Assembly (NCBI GenBank): GCA_031285625.1
Contig: JAITVV010000011.1
Span: 21,644 to 85,643, forward strand
Source: Prevotella sp.
Lineage (GTDB): Bacteria > Bacteroidota > Bacteroidia > Bacteroidales > Dysgonomonadaceae
Length of the DNA: 64,000 bases
Reading direction: 5' to 3'
Part shown: positions 59,743-64,000 of the stretch, piece by piece
Numbering within the stretch: position 1 is the stretch's first letter
Layout: every line of letters starts with the position of its first letter
The notes under the pieces: model-generated
What the model saw: the letters and a program-made list of their open reading frames with translations, nothing else
The model's database searches: none
Told to the model about the DNA's origin: nothing
Position numbers and translations under genes: made by a program

Positions 59743-60513
59743 TCAACCAATAAGCCCCAGATTCTTGGCAAGATTAAGAGCTTCGATAGCATTATTCACT
59801 TTTAACTTAGATAATATATTCTTACGATGATTATTTACCGTATATATACTAAGATTAAGCCTACCAGCAATCTCCTTACTCAAATAACCACGATGTATTA
59901 GTAATAGGATTTCCTTTTCCCGGTTAGTTAACTGTACATCCTGATATATAAAAGGAGAAGAGATAATCTCCCCTGTTTTTTTATTTATAACAGTACATTT
60001 CACTCTTTCAAGAGGCATTTGGTCAGGGGATATATCCATTACACCCATAATGATCCATGCTTTATTATTTCTATCTTTTTGTATAACCTGCTGACGACTG
60101 ATAACATTTACATATTGTTGTTTTTCATTGAAAATTCGAATTTGAAATATCTGCTGATAGTCATTTCTGCATTCAGGTGGAAGAGAATATATAAAATTTC
60201 CATGGTCGATCTGATATTCTACTAATTGGTCCCTATCATCGGGATGGATTCTTTCTTCCAGTACATCACCTTGTTTTCTAATCGTTTTTATCCAACTGGA
60301 TTTATAACCCAAAAGCCTGGAAAAATTATCAGAAGCAAAATCATACCTTTCTTTGAATACATCAACAGTAAAAATACAACTGGAACTCATCTGAGAAAAT
60401 TCCCGGATAGAATTTCTCTTCTCATTCCAAAGATCATAGTCTACATCGGAACTGCTAATTTGCTGTTTCGACCAAAGTTCTCTGGGTGTAATTTTATTGG
60501 AAATCATATACAA
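59743..60513 (-). CDS. PAS-fold + LuxR HTH transcriptional regulator
   Basis: RIHPDD; LTNREKEIL...SKEIAGRLNLSIYTVNNHRKNIL. Confidence 0.88.
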   Translation of the reverse strand: MYMISNKITPRELWSKQQISSSDVDYDLWNEKRNSIREFSQMSSSCIFTVDVFKERYDFASDNFSRLLGYKSSWIKTIRKQGDVLEERIHPDDRDQLVEYQIDHGNFIYSLPPECRNDYQQIFQIRIFNEKQQYVNVISRQQVIQKDRNNKAWIIMGVMDISPDQMPLERVKCTVINKKTGEIISSPFIYQDVQLTNREKEILLLIHRGYLSKEIAGRLNLSIYTVNNHRKNILSKLKVNNAIEALNLAKNLGLIG

Positions 60514-60708
60514 TAATACGTATTTATTGGGGATTCTACTATTAAATATAATTGAAAATACTTAATAGGCTTTCTATACGAGGAAATAAAAATAACATTT
60601 TATCACTATATCTTGGTATAAGATAGCATATATATAATAATATATAGCGATTGTCTACTATTGTCCATTCATGTAGGTTTGCATTATTTTTCACAAATAC
60701 TAAAAACA

Positions 60709-63090
60709 ATGAAAACATCTCGATTTTTACTCACCTTTATATTATTAATCACCAGTGCGTTTATGCATGCACAAAATAACCGTTCAACGGTATCAGGAAC
60801 AATTGTTTCTCCTGAAAAGACCCCATTAGAGAATATATCTGTATCAATAGAAGGCACTCATTATGGGGCTTCGAGTGACGAAGAAGGTAAGTTTCGTTTT
60901 AGCGGGCCAATAGGTCAGTATACACTTGTGGTATCATCACTGGATCATAATCCTTATAAATCGACCATACACCTCAAACGTGGAGAGAATACCTTCAATA
61001 TTATACTGGCAGAAAAAACGCATGAGCTAACCGAAGTCATCATTGAAGCAGGCATAAATAAATTTTCTAACAAAGAATCTGAATATATAGCCAGACTACC
61101 TATCAAGAATTTGGAAAATCCACAGGCATATTCAATAATTGGAAAAGACCTGATAAAAGAACAAATTATTGTAAATTTTGACGATGCTCTAAAAAACAGT
61201 TCAGGTATTGATAAACTCTGGTCATCAACCGGACGAGGTGGAGATGGAGCTGCCTACTTCTCATTAAGGGGATTTGCTACTCAGCCAACAATGGTAAATG
61301 GTATGGGAGGACAAACCAACGGGGGACTTGATCCGGCAAACATAGAACGGATAGAAGTATTAAAAGGTCCTTCCGGAACTCTATTCGGGAGTAGCCTTGT
61401 GTCGTTCGGTGGATTGATCAATGTAGTTACTAAAAAACCATTTGAATATTTAGCTGGCGATATATCTTATACAATGGGAAGTTATGGACTAAATCGTATT
61501 GCTGCCGATATAAATACACCTTTGGATAAAGAAAAGAAAATATTGCTTAGGACAAATGCAGCCTATCAATATGAAAATAGTTTTCAGGATGCTGGATTTA
61601 AGAAATCTATATTCTTTGCTCCATCGCTACTTTACAGAGCAAACGATAAATTGTCGTTTACACTGAATACTGAATTTTATACATCAGAGAGTACAAATCC
61701 ACTAATGGTCTTCCTCAACAGGACCCGGGAACTAGAATTTAAAACGCCTGACGAACTGGGGATGGATTATAAACGGTCATTTACAAGCAATGAGATAACA
61801 ATAAAAACACCTACCACCAAACTGTTTGGTATGATGGAATATAAATTATCTAATGAATGGACATCTCAGACTTCCGTTGCATACAGCAACCGCCAATCGA
61901 AAGGTCTATACTCTTATGTTATGTTTCTCGAGCCACTCAGGGATGATACATTAAGCCGGTATGTCGGATCACAGAATACAACAGGAACGACGATGGATAT
62001 CCAACAAAATTTTATTGGCGATTTTAAAATAGGGAATATGCGTAACCGTCTGGTAGTAGGAGTAGATTACTTTAATAATAAGTCGAATGGAAGCAGCAAT
62101 TATATATTATTTGATAAAATCAGCAGCACAGGAGCCGACAAAAATTATGCAAATTTGAGTGAAGCAGCCGTAAATGCCAAATTAGCAGGGAATACTCCTT
62201 CCAGATCAAACTCCAATTCAAATACTTATAGTGCATATTTTTCTGATATACTGAATATTACAGACAAACTACTATTAATGGCTAGCTTGCGACTCGATTA
62301 TTTCGATGATAAGGGCTACTATAATGTAAACAAAGATGAAACAACCGGAGACTATAATCAAACAGCATTATCTCCCAAATTTGGAGCTGTGTATCAAATA
62401 ATACCGGAGAAACTTTCTGTTTTTGCAAATTATATGAATGGATTTAAAAATGTAGGTTCCTCTACCCAGCCGGATGGCTCTGTACGTACATTCAAGCCAC
62501 AGCAGGCAAATCAGATGGAAGGAGGTATCAAAGCTTCATTGTTTGAGGGGAAATTAGTAGGTACAGTCAGCTACTATGATATATACGTAACAAAGGTCAC
62601 TCGTCCCGATCCTGATCAAGCCGGTTTTACTGTGCAGGACGGGGATGTCTATAGCCGTGGTTTCGAGCTTGATATTACAGCCAATCCCATTGCAGGACTC
62701 AGTTTAATTGCCGGATATAGTTACAATGACAGTGAAAATAAAAAGACAAGCGTGTCCATCGAAGGGCGCAGACCAATAAATGCAGGTCCTAAAAATTTAG
62801 TAAACGGATGGATAAGTTACACTATACAGAACGGGATGGCTAAAGGATTTGGTTTTGGATTTGGAGGTAATTATGCCAGTGAAAATGTAATAACTAATAG
62901 TGCAGAAACAGGTAAGTTTACAGTTCCATCATATACAATATTGAATGCTACGGCTTTCTATACCACAGGTTCATTTCATTTCGGACTGAAAGTAGATAAT
63001 CTGATCAATAAAAAATATTGGAAAGGATGGAGTACCGTTGAACCTCAAAAACTAAGACAGATAATAGGAAATATTTCATTTCACTTTTAA
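60709..63090 (+). CDS. TonB-dependent siderophore-type receptor
   Basis: Signal peptide; CarboxypepD-like domain; ENPQ, IERIEVLKGPSGTLFG, GGLINVVTKKP; C-terminal F. Confidence 0.9.
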   Translation: MKTSRFLLTFILLITSAFMHAQNNRSTVSGTIVSPEKTPLENISVSIEGTHYGASSDEEGKFRFSGPIGQYTLVVSSLDHNPYKSTIHLKRGENTFNIILAEKTHELTEVIIEAGINKFSNKESEYIARLPIKNLENPQAYSIIGKDLIKEQIIVNFDDALKNSSGIDKLWSSTGRGGDGAAYFSLRGFATQPTMVNGMGGQTNGGLDPANIERIEVLKGPSGTLFGSSLVSFGGLINVVTKKPFEYLAGDISYTMGSYGLNRIAADINTPLDKEKKILLRTNAAYQYENSFQDAGFKKSIFFAPSLLYRANDKLSFTLNTEFYTSESTNPLMVFLNRTRELEFKTPDELGMDYKRSFTSNEITIKTPTTKLFGMMEYKLSNEWTSQTSVAYSNRQSKGLYSYVMFLEPLRDDTLSRYVGSQNTTGTTMDIQQNFIGDFKIGNMRNRLVVGVDYFNNKSNGSSNYILFDKISSTGADKNYANLSEAAVNAKLAGNTPSRSNSNSNTYSAYFSDILNITDKLLLMASLRLDYFDDKGYYNVNKDETTGDYNQTALSPKFGAVYQIIPEKLSVFANYMNGFKNVGSSTQPDGSVRTFKPQQANQMEGGIKASLFEGKLVGTVSYYDIYVTKVTRPDPDQAGFTVQDGDVYSRGFELDITANPIAGLSLIAGYSYNDSENKKTSVSIEGRRPINAGPKNLVNGWISYTIQNGMAKGFGFGFGGNYASENVITNSAETGKFTVPSYTILNATAFYTTGSFHFGLKVDNLINKKYWKGWSTVEPQKLRQIIGNISFHF

Positions 63091-63110
63091 TGAATTAATA
63101 TCTCTGAAAG

Positions 63111-63135
63111 GGTGAGTCGCTCTGGCTCACCTTTT
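63111..63135 (+). terminator. Intrinsic terminator
   Basis: ggtgagtc-gctct-ggctcacc-tttt. Confidence 0.7.
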
Positions 63136-63169
63136 ATAATTTGATACATAATATTCATAATCAAAGATC

Positions 63170-64000
63170 TTATCTTAGCATATACTAAAATAAACTTCCA
63201 ACAAAAAAGCAGAAATAAGCAGAGTATAGCGAATTAGCTGACAGAGCGTTCGTTACGCTCTGTTTTGCTTTATATGGCTATCTATGAAAAGCCGTATTTC
63301 GGCAAAGCAAAGCAAGAGATAAGTTACTATCCCGTTACTTGGGGTAGAGCGAAAAAACTTTGCTACATGGTTATTATTCAGTGTATTGCGTAAATTTGCA
63401 TACCGTCTTATAACTCAATGATAACTAATTTTGTAACCAGAAAAAACATTGAGTTATGAGGTCAACATTCAAGGTCTTATTTTATGTAAAGAAAGGCAGC
63501 GAGAAACCTAACGGCAACCTGCCTTTGATGTGCCGCGTCACCGTGGACGGCGAAGTCAAACAGTTCAGTTGCAAGACAGATGTTCCGCTCCGCCTGTGGG
63601 ATGTGAAGAACAACCGGGCATCAGGGAAAAGTACGGAAGCACAGAAAATCAATCTCGCCATCGACCGTATCCGTGTGGATGTAAACCGCCGTTATCAGGA
63701 ACTGATGCAGACAGACGGCTATGTTACCGCCGAAAAACTGAAAAACGCCTATCTCGGTATTGGTATCAAGCAGGAAACGTTGTTAAAACTGTTCGAGCAA
63801 CACAACGCCGAATTTGAAAAGAAGGTGGGGTACAGCAGGGCAAAGGGTACTTTCTCCCGTTACCGCACTGTCTGCAAACACATCCGGGAGTTCATGCCCT
63901 TGACATACCACAGGGAGGATATACCGCTAAAGGAACTTAGCCTTAGCTTCATCAACGACTTCGAGTATTTCCTGCGGACAGAGAAAGGATGCCGTACCAA
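63170..64000 (+). mobile_element. Probable end of a Bacteroidetes integrative element (conjugative/mobilizable transposon); left boundary approximate
   Basis: Visible GC increase, inverted repeat acagagcgt/acgctctgt (63241-63263), GTTAC repeats, integrase gene. Confidence 0.65.
63456..64000 (+). CDS. Site-specific tyrosine integrase, CTn-type (N-terminal part; runs off the window)
   Basis: Not in the ORF track. Manual translation MRSTFKVLFYVKKGSEKPNGNLPLMCRVTVDGEVKQFSCK...WDVKNNRASGKS...FINDFEYFLRTEK (arm-binding + SAM-like domains). Confidence 0.9.
   Translation, partial: MRSTFKVLFYVKKGSEKPNGNLPLMCRVTVDGEVKQFSCKTDVPLRLWDVKNNRASGKSTEAQKINLAIDRIRVDVNRRYQELMQTDGYVTAEKLKNAYLGIGIKQETLLKLFEQHNAEFEKKVGYSRAKGTFSRYRTVCKHIREFMPLTYHREDIPLKELSLSFINDFEYFLRTEKGCRT

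Noticed and set aside
60514-60708. Riboswitch (cobalamin/TPP) or clear Fur box upstream of the TBDR
   Set aside because: No recognisable conserved aptamer; too AT-rich to call a Fur box by eye
63530-63817. 95-aa ORF in the track
   Set aside because: Alternative frame inside the integrase that starts at 63456

Overview
AT-rich chromosomal window from a Bacteroidales bacterium. The Dysgonomonas/Tannerella-like assignment is inferred from gene content, SusC/SusD pairs and TAnnTTTG promoters. (1) 1-2022: radical-SAM + DUF4130 putative DNA-repair pair. (2) About 2.7-25.9 kb: an unusually complete peptidoglycan-scavenging locus. It has a YkfC-type endopeptidase, a Tat-signal Ala-Glu epimerase, two BadF-type sugar kinases, a cryptic split Amidase_3 protein, SusC/SusD, two NamZ muramidases, GT2, an HxHxQ DUF4922 protein, SpoIID/LytB, an AmpG with a ~195-aa inserted loop, a MurT/HGSNAT-like protein and MurQ. 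(3) HAD, DUF1080, DPP5 and an enzyme-less SusC/SusD/lipoprotein unit with a (CT)33 tract upstream. (4) TPR-LuxR regulator + DUF3244, a copper export unit, peptidase, cupin and GH78. (5) About 47.5-60.5 kb: a stress/resistance-type cluster (MATE, VOC, GNATs, HAD, Zn-ribbon-AraC-GyrI, atypical Fpg/Nei, GyrI, DUF418 + LytS/LytTR, HelD). Two of its genes have unannotated leader peptides inside structured 5' leaders. (6) A TonB-dependent receptor and the start of a conjugative-transposon-type integrase. Two families of dispersed intergenic repeats are also present. All calls come from reading motifs by eye; no searches were run.
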